From the NCBI GenBank assembly GCA_050260015.1, contig JBLNBN010000039.1, positions 93,944-157,943 of the forward strand: 64,000 nucleotides of DNA. Direction: 5' to 3'. Made by a program: the position numbers and the translations under genes. This document shows positions 9,626 to 18,452 of this stretch, piece by piece; positions within the stretch are counted from its first letter, which is position 1; the number at the start of each line of letters is the position of its first letter. The notes under the pieces were generated by a model. It made no database searches, was not told the origin of the DNA, and saw only the letters and a program-made list of their open reading frames with translations. This DNA is from Chloroflexota bacterium. GTDB taxonomy: Bacteria > Bacteroidota > Ignavibacteria > Kapaibacteriales > UBA2268.

Positions 9626-10075
9626 ATGCGATCGCTGAACAAAGTCATGATGATTGGCAACGCCGGCAAGAAACCGGAATTAAAGATTACGGCCGGGGGT
9701 ATTGCCGTTGCGACTTTCAGGCTCGTTACTACCGAAATATGGCGCGACAAGGACGGAACTTACCAGGAGCAGGCCGATTGGCATACCGTCGTAGCTTGGC
9801 GCGGGCTCGCCGAGATCTCTCATAAAATTATTAACAAAGGCTCCCGGCTATATGTCGAGGGCAAGCTTCAGAACCGCATCTGCGACGATAGCCGCTTCCC
9901 GGGCGGCAAGCGACTTACCCCGGAAATTGTCGCCGACAATATTATCCTGCTCGACGGTAGAAGGGAAACAAAAGAGGAAGACGGCGCGCACGAGGAAACC
10001 GCCTGCCTTCAAGCCGAGCTAACCGACGGCGCCGGCGACTTCAGCTCGCTCGTGGAAGACGATCCGTTGTTTTAG
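9626..10075 (+). CDS. ssb: Single-stranded DNA-binding protein
   Basis: OB-fold N-terminal 'MMIGNAGKKPELK...FRLVTTE'. Acidic C-terminal tail ending 'EDDPLF'. AAGGAGAGG Shine-Dalgarno. Confidence 0.85.
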   Translation: MRSLNKVMMIGNAGKKPELKITAGGIAVATFRLVTTEIWRDKDGTYQEQADWHTVVAWRGLAEISHKIINKGSRLYVEGKLQNRICDDSRFPGGKRLTPEIVADNIILLDGRRETKEEDGAHEETACLQAELTDGAGDFSSLVEDDPLF

Positions 10076-10098
10076 CCGCGATCAAACAATCCTGAATA

Positions 10099-10140
10099 AA
10101 AAGTATGCCGGGCGAACGTTCGGCATACTTTTTATTTTTC
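10099..10140 (+). terminator. Rho-independent terminator after ssb
   Basis: Stem AAGTATGCCG (10101-10110) / CGGCATACTT (10121-10130), followed by TTTTATTTTT. Confidence 0.6.
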
Positions 10141-10272
10141 CGGGTATCGGGAGTTGGCGCCTCCTTTAATTAATCAATTTACGGCCCTTTCGTACGTTAA
10201 AATCAATATTCATATAAGAATTATTGAAATTTACTTATCTTGCAATACATTTATTGCATCAATCGGCGAAAG

Positions 10273-11217
10273 ATGAAAAAAAACAGGCAGAACGAAATTA
10301 AAGTCGGGTTAGTAACAATTTCTTCGATATTGCTCTTTATTATCGGCATTTCGCTAGGCAAGAGCTGCAGCGTCTCGGTGTCCGACCAAACGATTAAGAT
10401 GAGATTCCCAAATTCGGGCGGATTAAAGTCCTCCGATCCCGTCGTCGTCAACGGCGTGCGACGCGGCACGGTAACGGCCGTTCGCAACGAGGGCGGCGCA
10501 GTGCTCGTCGAAGCGACGCTCGACGATACGCGAGATCTCCGGGGAAACCCTACCGCCAAAATTACAATCCTGGAAATAACGGGCGGAAAAAAAGTTGAAA
10601 TCTTTCCCGGCGACAAGGGCGATTTCGATATAAATAAGGAAATTAAGGGCGAAACGCCCGCAGACCTCGCGGAATTAGTCGCCCTTGTCGGAGAAGTAAG
10701 CGGCGACGCCACTCGCCTTGTTCGCAGGCTCGATACGATAGCCGACGCGGGAACGAACCTGCTTGCCGACGGTAAGGTTGTCGCGGACCTTCGCAACGCC
10801 GCCGACGGGGCCTCGAGAATGGTGGCCAGCCTAAATAGATTAGTCGAGAGCAACTATTCCACGATTAATTCCAGCCTTGCGGACGTTAAGGCGATAACGA
10901 CCGAATTGCGCCTTGCGATAAGGGACAATAAACCGGGAATAGAACGACTTATAAAACAGCTCGACGTTACGGTCAACCGCGCGAATAACTTAATGATCGG
11001 CGCCGATACGGCCGTCGTCCAGGTGAATATGCTTCTTAAGGACCTAAATAGAATTACCGGCGACGTGCGCGGAGGCTCCGGGCTCGTTACTAAGTTGCTC
11101 TACGATGCGAAATTCGCGGCTTCGCTCGATTCGACCTTAACGCGATTATCCCTGTTCTTAAACAAAGTGGACGAGAACGGCATAAACGTGAATGTGAGAT
11201 TAGGCACCAGACCATAA
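10273..11217 (+). CDS. MlaD/MCE-family periplasmic substrate-binding protein (single N-terminal TM)
   Basis: N-terminal basic segment plus TM 'VGLVTISSILLFIIGISL', then an MCE-like region 'PVVVNGVRRGTVTAV'. ATG at 10273 (listed ORF starts at TTG 10240). Confidence 0.6.
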   Translation: MKKNRQNEIKVGLVTISSILLFIIGISLGKSCSVSVSDQTIKMRFPNSGGLKSSDPVVVNGVRRGTVTAVRNEGGAVLVEATLDDTRDLRGNPTAKITILEITGGKKVEIFPGDKGDFDINKEIKGETPADLAELVALVGEVSGDATRLVRRLDTIADAGTNLLADGKVVADLRNAADGASRMVASLNRLVESNYSTINSSLADVKAITTELRLAIRDNKPGIERLIKQLDVTVNRANNLMIGADTAVVQVNMLLKDLNRITGDVRGGSGLVTKLLYDAKFAASLDSTLTRLSLFLNKVDENGINVNVRLGTRP

Positions 11218-11227
11218 GGAAAGAAAT

Positions 11228-11890
11228 ATGTCTTATTCGATAACTCCCGTCCAGGGGGCGCTCGCGGAATACGTCCTGGAGAACTTTAGCTGCGAGGACG
11301 CATTATTAAAGGAATTGACCGCGCGATCGCTCGAAGCGAAGATGCCCCAGATAAATATATCACCCGAGCAGGGGCTTTTTCTTCAATTTTACCTGAAATC
11401 CATAAACGCGAAGCGCGTCGTCGAAATCGGAACTCTCGGCGGATACTCGGCGATAATTATGGCGCGCGCGCTGCCGGAGGACGGCAAGCTTACGACCGTG
11501 GAGATGGAACCCAGGCACGCCGATTTCGCGCGGGAAATGGTCGAACTCGCCGGGCTGGGCGACAGGATTGACGTGGTGACCCAGGACGGCCGGCAGTTCG
11601 TAGAAAATTATTCCGGAGGCGAGAATTCGCTCGATTTCGTATTCGTAGACGCGGATAAACCCTCCTATGCGAAATACCTTGACAAGCTAACGCCGGCGAT
11701 TCGCAAAGGGGGCGCATTTGCCGCCGATAACGCCTTTGCGTTCGGTTTTGTGGCCGACTCGGCGCCGGAGCGCGACCCGAGGGAGATAAAGTCTATAAAG
11801 AGCTTTAACGCGTACTTTAAGAGTAGGAAGGAATTCTTTACAAGCATCGTCGGGGTCGGCGACGGAATAATTATCGGGCTGAAATTGTAA
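11228..11890 (+). CDS. Class I SAM-dependent O-methyltransferase (caffeoyl-CoA OMT family 3)
   Basis: 'VVEIGTLGGYSAIIMA', 'DFVFVDADKPSYAKYL'. 10-nt gap after the MCE gene. Confidence 0.8.
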   Translation: MSYSITPVQGALAEYVLENFSCEDALLKELTARSLEAKMPQINISPEQGLFLQFYLKSINAKRVVEIGTLGGYSAIIMARALPEDGKLTTVEMEPRHADFAREMVELAGLGDRIDVVTQDGRQFVENYSGGENSLDFVFVDADKPSYAKYLDKLTPAIRKGGAFAADNAFAFGFVADSAPERDPREIKSIKSFNAYFKSRKEFFTSIVGVGDGIIIGLKL

Positions 11891-11992
11891 ATTGCCTTTC
11901 CGAATAAGTAGATTAAAAAAATAAGCGCTTAATGCGCAAGGCAAATGAAATGAATAAACGCGGCCTCGTTGTGTAATTTTTAAAATAAGACT

Positions 11993-13411
11993 ATGTCGAA
12001 AATATCTTTTTTTGTCATTCTCCTTGCCGCGGCTCTAGCCGCCGGATGCGGCGCGTCCCGTCCGCGAGGCTATGCGCTAACCGAGGAAAGCGACGAATTC
12101 GATTCGAGCGCGACCGGGATATACATCACGTCAACGTTGCCGATCGATTCGGCCGACGCCTCGAAGCTCGTATTTGATTTCTTTCGTTTAGAGACTAAGG
12201 AATATCCTGAAAACATCAGGATTTTCGCCCGCGTTTACGATTCCTCCGGCCATTTTATCACTAATATGGCCGATCCATACCGGGCCCCGGGGGCTCCAAA
12301 TTATTTCTCAAGCATTCGCGAAGATCTCGGGAAGGTCTACAATACGCGCAGCGAGCAGGTTAACCCGTTTAAGGTGCGCGAATACGGCGCGAAGGATTCC
12401 ATCCCATACAACATCGTTCTCACGATCGACTACAGCGGCTCCATGGCCGGCGTTATGGACGCTATTTACGAGGGCACGGAGCTCTTCGTAAATATGAAAA
12501 TGGATTTCGACCAAATCGGCATAACGACGTTCAATCAAAACGTGGACAGGAAAGTACCGATGAACAGCGACAAGCGAAGCATCATAAATCTATATCGCGC
12601 CAAACGCGACAAGGGATTCGGCCAGTTTTCCGCAGTCTTCGACGCTGTCGCCGACGCCGTATCGCAGTTTGGTCCCACGATTGATTCCGTCCCGAGAGTC
12701 CTTGTGTTGTTTTCCGACGGCGACGAGAATTACTCTAAAACGAAAATCGGCGAGTTGATCGACCAGGCTAAGAAAGAGGACGTGCACATATTCGCCGTGG
12801 GCTTCGGCTATTCGCAGGACGAGAATTTAAAATACATGGCGCAGTACACAGGCGGCAAGTTCTACAAAGCGCGCTCGAAGCAGGAGTTAATCGCCGTGTT
12901 CCGCGATATATACATGAGCCTGCGTTACTATTACCTAATTACTTACGATCCGCCGAATTACTGGGGTTATCACAAGGTAAACGCATACCTGAAGCATCCC
13001 GCCCGCGCGGACAGCCTGCTCGCTACCGGCGAATACGAAACGAGCGGCTTAATGCCCTGGGACAGCATCGGGCGCGCATTTACTCGACCAATCCTCTTCG
13101 ACTACAATGAAGCCACTTTAAAGCCCGAATCGCTGCCTATAATCGACGAGATAGTCGACGCGCTTCTATCCGCCCCGCGCTTAAAATTGGAGATACAGGG
13201 GCATACGGACGACATCGGCGGGATTGAATTTAATATGCGGCTTTCGGAAGCGCGCGCGCAGGCGGTAATGAACGCGCTTATAGATCGCGGCATAGACCCG
13301 AAGAGATTGCGCTCGCGCGGGTTCGGCTTCTCCAAGCCGATCGCGCCCAATACGGACGAGGCCGGGCGCGGAAAGAACCGCCGTACGGAATTCGTCGTTA
13401 TAGCGAAGTAA
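11993..13411 (+). CDS. vWA-domain / OmpA-domain fusion lipoprotein
   Basis: Lipobox 'LAAGCG'. vWA MIDAS 'VLTIDYSGSMAG'. C-terminal OmpA_C 'IQGHTDDIGGIEFNMRLSEARAQAV...NRRTEFVVI'. Confidence 0.8.
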   Translation: MSKISFFVILLAAALAAGCGASRPRGYALTEESDEFDSSATGIYITSTLPIDSADASKLVFDFFRLETKEYPENIRIFARVYDSSGHFITNMADPYRAPGAPNYFSSIREDLGKVYNTRSEQVNPFKVREYGAKDSIPYNIVLTIDYSGSMAGVMDAIYEGTELFVNMKMDFDQIGITTFNQNVDRKVPMNSDKRSIINLYRAKRDKGFGQFSAVFDAVADAVSQFGPTIDSVPRVLVLFSDGDENYSKTKIGELIDQAKKEDVHIFAVGFGYSQDENLKYMAQYTGGKFYKARSKQELIAVFRDIYMSLRYYYLITYDPPNYWGYHKVNAYLKHPARADSLLATGEYETSGLMPWDSIGRAFTRPILFDYNEATLKPESLPIIDEIVDALLSAPRLKLEIQGHTDDIGGIEFNMRLSEARAQAVMNALIDRGIDPKRLRSRGFGFSKPIAPNTDEAGRGKNRRTEFVVIAK

Positions 13412-13431
13412 ATCAATAAGCGTTATATCAA

Positions 13432-13472
13432 TATAAAAAAAAGTCCGCGAGCAGATCGCGGACTTTTTTATA
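13432..13472. terminator. Bidirectional rho-independent terminator between convergent genes
   Basis: A-run, stem AGTCCGCGA (13442-13450) / TCGCGGACT (13456-13464), then T-run. Confidence 0.7.
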
Positions 13473-13502
13473 TATAAATCAATTGATATGAATCGATTAG
13501 AA

Positions 13503-14060
13503 CTAATTATCGTTTACTGAGCGATAGAGGTCCTTAAGTCTCTTGCGGAGATGGAGCACTGCATAGCGTTTGCGCGCTAACAGGGTATTGATGTTAACCC
13601 CGGTGTCCTCGCTCATCTCGCGGAATGAGATGCCTTCGAACTCGTTCTTAACGAAGACGTCGCGTTGCTCGCTCGGCAGTTCGTCAAGGCCGGCTAAGAC
13701 GGATTCCCAAATAGTTTTGCGAATCAGGTCGCTCTCCGGGCTGCTTGAAATGTCGCCAAGAAAGTTTTCAAAAGCGTCTACGCCGTCTTCTGCCTGGCCG
13801 GGCGTCTGCATATCGGAGAATGTTTCGGCGCGCTTCTTCCTGTATGAATCTATAATTCTATTTCTCACTGCCGTAAAAACCCAAGAGGCTATATTTTCAA
13901 TCGGCTTTTGTACGTTGGCCGAGGCCGCAAGCACGTTCGTAAAAACGTCCTGCAAAATGTCCTCAGCCTCTTCCTGGCTGCGAACTCTTTGGCGTATAAA
14001 ACCTAAAAACTTTTTCCGATCGGTGCGGAACAACTGCTCTATTTGCAATGCTAGATCCAT
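13503..14060 (-). CDS. ECF-type RNA polymerase sigma-70 family factor
   Basis: Region 2 'AEDILQDVFTNVL...FTAVRNRIIDSYRKK'. Region 4 HTH 'FREMSEDTGVNINTLLARKRYAVLHLRKRL'. Start set at the Met of 'MDLALQ' preceded by AAAGGGG Shine-Dalgarno (listed ORF extends to 14159). Confidence 0.7.
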   Translation of the reverse strand: MDLALQIEQLFRTDRKKFLGFIRQRVRSQEEAEDILQDVFTNVLAASANVQKPIENIASWVFTAVRNRIIDSYRKKRAETFSDMQTPGQAEDGVDAFENFLGDISSSPESDLIRKTIWESVLAGLDELPSEQRDVFVKNEFEGISFREMSEDTGVNINTLLARKRYAVLHLRKRLKDLYRSVNDN

Positions 14061-14333
14061 TTCGTGCCCCTTTGTAGTTGTTTGCAAATTTTTAACTCTT
14101 TCCCCTGCGCGTGCGGTTTGCTCGCGTTTAACGTTTCTCTTCGTTGCTGCTACTTTCATAATTCACCGTTTTCGTTTACATGACAAATTAAGTAATTAAC
14201 CGTCTATGTATTCCCTCCTAAAATATTTACAATTTGCGCGCAATACTACCCTATAGACATTCAAAAAGCTAAAAGGTTTCAAAAAATCTAAAAGATATAT
14301 CAAAATTTACTTGAAAAACTATGCCACAGAGCC

Positions 14334-16340
14334 TTAAGCGTTAAAAAAGCCGTTAATCAGGTCTTCGTTCGGAATATTTGGCATAGTTACCTGTAATTTT
14401 GGCTCTTTTTCCATAGCTCGTTTAATTGCGAAGATCGCTTCCTTATTCCGCGCCCAGCTCCTGCGGGCAATACCATTGTTTACGTCCCAATGCAGCATTC
14501 GTTCAAGTCGCCTTCTGCAATCGTCGCCGCCGTCGAGGGTTAACCCGAAGCCGCCGTTGATAACTTCGCCCCAACCGACTCCGCCGCCGTTATGGATAGA
14601 AACCCACGTAGCGCCGCGGAACGAATCGCCGATGCAGTTTTGTACTGCCATATCGGCCGTAAAGCTCGAGCCGTCGTAAATATTCGATGTCTCGCGGTAG
14701 GGAGAATCCGTGCCCGATACGTCGTGATGATCTCTTCCCAGAACGATCGGGGCGCTTATCCTGCCTTCCGCTATCGCGCGATTGAACGCGCGGGCGATTT
14801 CAATTCTACCGTCGGCGTCGGCGTAAAGTATGCGCGCCTTGCTGCCGACGACTAAATTATTCTCTTTCGCTTGCTCTATCCAGAGCAAATTATCCTTTAG
14901 CTGCCCTTGAATTTCGGGCGGCGCGCCGGCGAGTAATTTTCTCAATACGTCGGCTGCTATTTTGTCAGTCTCGTCAAGGTCCTCCTGCTTACCGGAGGCG
15001 CAAACCCATCGGAACGGGCCGAAACCGTAATCGAAGCAGAGCGGGCCCATTATGTCCTCGACATAGCTCGGGTAGCGGAACCTACCGTCCGGTCGAAGGA
15101 TGTCGGCTCCGGCGCGGGCGGCTTCCAGTAGGAACGCGTTCCCATAGTCCCAGAAGTACATCCCGTTAGCGGTTAATTTATTAATAGCCGCTACCTGCCT
15201 TCGAAGCGATTCGCGTACGCGCTCGTGGAATTCCTGCGGTTTCGTTACCATTAACTCGTTGGATTCCTCAAGCGAAAGTCCTACGGGATAATATCCGCCG
15301 GCCCATGGATTATGCAGCGAGGTTTGGTCGCTGCCGAGCTCTATCTTGATACCGTCGGCCGCCAATCGTTCCCAGAGGTCGACCACGTTGCCGAGATAAC
15401 CGAGCGAGACGGCTTGCTTTGCCTTACGCGCGCTTTCCATTCTTTCAATGAGCTTTCCTAAATCCTCGTGCACTTCGTCGAGCCAGCCCTGCTCGAGCCT
15501 CTTGTAGAGGGCTTTAGGGTTGATCTCCGCCACGACGCAAACCGCGCCGGCGATGACGGCGGCTTTAGGTTGCGCGCCGGACATTCCGCCCAGGCCTGAA
15601 GTGACGTAAATTTTACCTGCCGCTTCGCCGTCGCCGTGCATGCGGGCGGCGTTCATAAGCGTGATCGTCGTGCCGTGGACGATGCCCTGCGGACCGATGT
15701 ACATGTACGAGCCTGCGGTCATCTGGCCGTATTGCGAGACGCCGAGCGCGTTAAATTTTTCCCAGTGGTCCTTGCTCGAGTAGTTGGGTATGACCATACC
15801 GTTCGTAACGACTACGCGGGGCGCATCCGGATGCGATGGGAAAAGCCCCATCGGGTGCCCGGAGTACATAACGAGCGTTTGCTCGTCGGTCATTTCCGCC
15901 AGGTACTTCATCGTGAGCAAGTATTGAGCCCAATTCTGAAAAACGGCCCCGTTTCCCCCGTACGTAATCAGCTCGTGCGGATGCTGAGCAACGGCGTCGT
16001 CCAAATTGTTCATTATCATTAGCATTATCGAAGCTGCCTGCTTGCTGCGATATGGGTACTCCTCGATATTGCGCGCGAAGATTTTATACTTCGGCTTGAA
16101 TCTGTACATATAGATCCTGCCATAAGTTTCAAGTTCCCGCGCAAATTCTGGCGCTAATTCACCGTGCATTTCCCCGGGAAAGTACCTGAGCGCGTTTTTC
16201 AGCGCGAGCTTCTTTTCCTCGGGAGTAAGTACGTCCATGCGCTTCGGCGCGCGACTTACGCTATCGTCGTATATATATGGTTCGGGCGTTTCCGCGGGTA
16301 TGCCGCGGAGTATCTCTTGTTTAAACGTCAAATTATCCAT
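14334..16340 (-). CDS. hutU: Urocanate hydratase, long (~668 aa) form
   Basis: 'GGMSGAQP' NAD-binding motif and the urocanase core. N-terminal extension typical of the long eukaryotic/Bacteroidetes-type enzymes. Confidence 0.9.
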   Translation of the reverse strand: MDNLTFKQEILRGIPAETPEPYIYDDSVSRAPKRMDVLTPEEKKLALKNALRYFPGEMHGELAPEFARELETYGRIYMYRFKPKYKIFARNIEEYPYRSKQAASIMLMIMNNLDDAVAQHPHELITYGGNGAVFQNWAQYLLTMKYLAEMTDEQTLVMYSGHPMGLFPSHPDAPRVVVTNGMVIPNYSSKDHWEKFNALGVSQYGQMTAGSYMYIGPQGIVHGTTITLMNAARMHGDGEAAGKIYVTSGLGGMSGAQPKAAVIAGAVCVVAEINPKALYKRLEQGWLDEVHEDLGKLIERMESARKAKQAVSLGYLGNVVDLWERLAADGIKIELGSDQTSLHNPWAGGYYPVGLSLEESNELMVTKPQEFHERVRESLRRQVAAINKLTANGMYFWDYGNAFLLEAARAGADILRPDGRFRYPSYVEDIMGPLCFDYGFGPFRWVCASGKQEDLDETDKIAADVLRKLLAGAPPEIQGQLKDNLLWIEQAKENNLVVGSKARILYADADGRIEIARAFNRAIAEGRISAPIVLGRDHHDVSGTDSPYRETSNIYDGSSFTADMAVQNCIGDSFRGATWVSIHNGGGVGWGEVINGGFGLTLDGGDDCRRRLERMLHWDVNNGIARRSWARNKEAIFAIKRAMEKEPKLQVTMPNIPNEDLINGFFNA

Positions 16341-16354
16341 TTATCTTCAGTTTA

Positions 16355-16672
16355 TTAGTCTTTCTTTCCGTGTTTTTCAAAAATTTCCCGCCAAAGCTCG
16401 TAGGTGTAGATGCCGGAGTCGTGCCCGTCCTCCCAGGAAAGGTTAAACCCGTAATTGCCCGTCGGCTCGATGGATTTAATTTTATACATGCCCGGCTTAA
16501 ATTGCATCAGCGCCGGGGCCGTCATGCCCTTGCCGGGTATGTGCTCGCCCTTGCATACGGCGCAGGGGCAATCCTTACGTATGGCTTCGGGCGTAACGAC
16601 GGCGGCGAATCCGTCGCTCCATTCCGTCTTGATCTTTCCGTCCGCCGTTTTTGATATTTTAAGGGGTTGCAT
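16355..16672 (-). CDS. DUF971-like protein (gamma-butyrobetaine hydroxylase N-terminal-like, CxCxxC)
   Basis: 105 aa with 'RKDCPCAVCKGEH'. 15-nt gap to hutU on the same strand. Confidence 0.5.
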   Translation of the reverse strand: MQPLKISKTADGKIKTEWSDGFAAVVTPEAIRKDCPCAVCKGEHIPGKGMTAPALMQFKPGMYKIKSIEPTGNYGFNLSWEDGHDSGIYTYELWREIFEKHGKKD

Positions 16673-17033
16673 AGTAAAAATAAATCCGACTAAAGTAATC
16701 TTATTTATTTACAAACTTACAAAGAATTTCAACAGAAAAAAAATATATTATAATTAAGCATTATTAAATACATTTCATTCTGCGAAACCCTTTTTTCCTG
16801 ATTACTGGAATATTGTTAATATTGATCACGTCAAATTGTCAAAATAACATTGAGAATGAAGGTTTATTAAATTTTGTTAACCACAGCTTCAATTAAAAGT
16901 CATAATAATCAAAAATTAAAACAAGTTCATTCTCACATGCTAAAATACACTTTTTATCTATATCATCCAAATAAAATTTTTAACCGGGGTAAAATAATCT
17001 TGGAGCAGGCGGACGGCTGCCCCAACGGTAGCG

Positions 17034-17804
17034 CTAAGCGCTTTTAATACCAAGCTTTTCCAGCATCCGGAAAATTCGGCGCGGGTCGTCCGTGCCGAGC
17101 GCCTGGGCGCGCAGGCGGATCGATTTCTCCAGGCTCCCAAGAGTTTCCACGCCATAGACGCCGATAATTACGGAATTTTTAACTGCGTTCTCGCTAATGG
17201 CCTCGGTTAATTCCTCGACGTCGCAGATGAAGGCGTCCGCGCCGGTCTGCTGCGCGATTTCTCCGGGCAAACGCTTGTCCGCCGGCGATTTGATTGCGGC
17301 CGTATGCAGCGCGGAGTTCCTGCTTTTTATTTCCTTAAGCAGGGCGCAGTCGAATGAAGCGAAAAGGCAATTGCGGGCGAATCCCTCGCGTTCGACGACG
17401 TCGAGCAGGGCGCTTATTAAGCGTTCCGAATATTTGCTGGGCTTAACTTCGATATTCAGGTAGGCCCTGCCTTTTATCAATTCTATGATCTCCTTCAGGG
17501 TCGGGGGGCGTTCGCCGGAAAACTCGGGGGAGAACCAGCCGCCGGCGTCAAATTTTTTTATATCGGAGTAATTAAGCGAAGTTACCGCGCCGCGCCCGTC
17601 GTTAGTCCTACCGGCTACGTCGTCGTGGTGAGCGAATATCGTGCCGTCCGCGCTCACCTGCACGTCGGCTTCGATCATTTTCGCGCCGATTTGCAGCGCG
17701 CGCTCGAATGCCGAAAGCGTGTTCTCGGGGGCTTCCTTGCTTGCGCCGCGATGCGCGACTACAAAAAATTCCCCGCTGCTTGCAAACTCCCTTAAATCAA
17801 CCAT
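17034..17804 (-). CDS. Glycerophosphodiester phosphodiesterase
   Basis: 'FFVVAHRGASKEAPENTLSAFERALQIGAKMIEADVQVSADGTIFAHHD'. Confidence 0.85.
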   Translation of the reverse strand: MVDLREFASSGEFFVVAHRGASKEAPENTLSAFERALQIGAKMIEADVQVSADGTIFAHHDDVAGRTNDGRGAVTSLNYSDIKKFDAGGWFSPEFSGERPPTLKEIIELIKGRAYLNIEVKPSKYSERLISALLDVVEREGFARNCLFASFDCALLKEIKSRNSALHTAAIKSPADKRLPGEIAQQTGADAFICDVEELTEAISENAVKNSVIIGVYGVETLGSLEKSIRLRAQALGTDDPRRIFRMLEKLGIKSA

Positions 17805-17967
17805 ATTTTATTTACAGTTAAGATTCTTTTCATTTTTATCGCAATATAATCATTTTCATCGCAATAACAAATAGATGAATTTTAGTCTCTCAACTAAAAA
17901 TCCTTGCCTTAAACAAAATAATATGCTATATTTATAATAATTGATTGTTCATATTGCGGAGGGAGCC

Positions 17968-18423
17968 ATGCCTGGTAAAACTACCGTCGCGGACATAATG
18001 ATGAGGGGCGCCTTTACGATCGACGTGCGCGATACGCTACGCCAAGCTGACGAGATCAGGCGACGAGAAGGATTCCGATACATTCCTGCGCTTGACAAAA
18101 CAAAGTACGTCGGGATGATAACCGAACGCACGCTGAGCGAATACTCCCTGAGGGGGATGTACGATTACGAGGACAATTTAGGCGAGGAATCGCAAAATAC
18201 GCTGCTCGACTATGAAAACATAATCGAACGACCGAGCGTGCTCATCTATCCTGAGGATAGCGTCCAGAAGGCCGTAAAGCTAATGGTCAAGCACAACCTT
18301 GATTATTTAGCCGTGGTCGATTGGGAGCAGAATTTCTTGGGGATAGTGACTAGCGCGGAGGTGTTGATGTTCTTCAACAAGAAACTAGAAGAAGAGAGCG
18401 AATCCTCTCCGGCCGAAGAATAA
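17968..18423 (+). CDS. CBS domain pair protein
   Basis: Two CBS-like segments ('TVADIMM...YIPALD', 'YLAVVDWEQNFLGIVTSAEVL'). ATG at 17968 with GGAGGG Shine-Dalgarno. Confidence 0.65.
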   Translation: MPGKTTVADIMMRGAFTIDVRDTLRQADEIRRREGFRYIPALDKTKYVGMITERTLSEYSLRGMYDYEDNLGEESQNTLLDYENIIERPSVLIYPEDSVQKAVKLMVKHNLDYLAVVDWEQNFLGIVTSAEVLMFFNKKLEEESESSPAEE

Positions 18424-18452
18424 ATCTTGCCAATACAAACGGAGCGCATTGA

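Noticed and set aside
16673-17033. 360-bp AT-rich spacer as a possible ncRNA or tRNA locus
   Set aside because: No tRNA-like T-arm or anticodon-arm signatures. Most parsimoniously a promoter/UTR region for the hutU operon.
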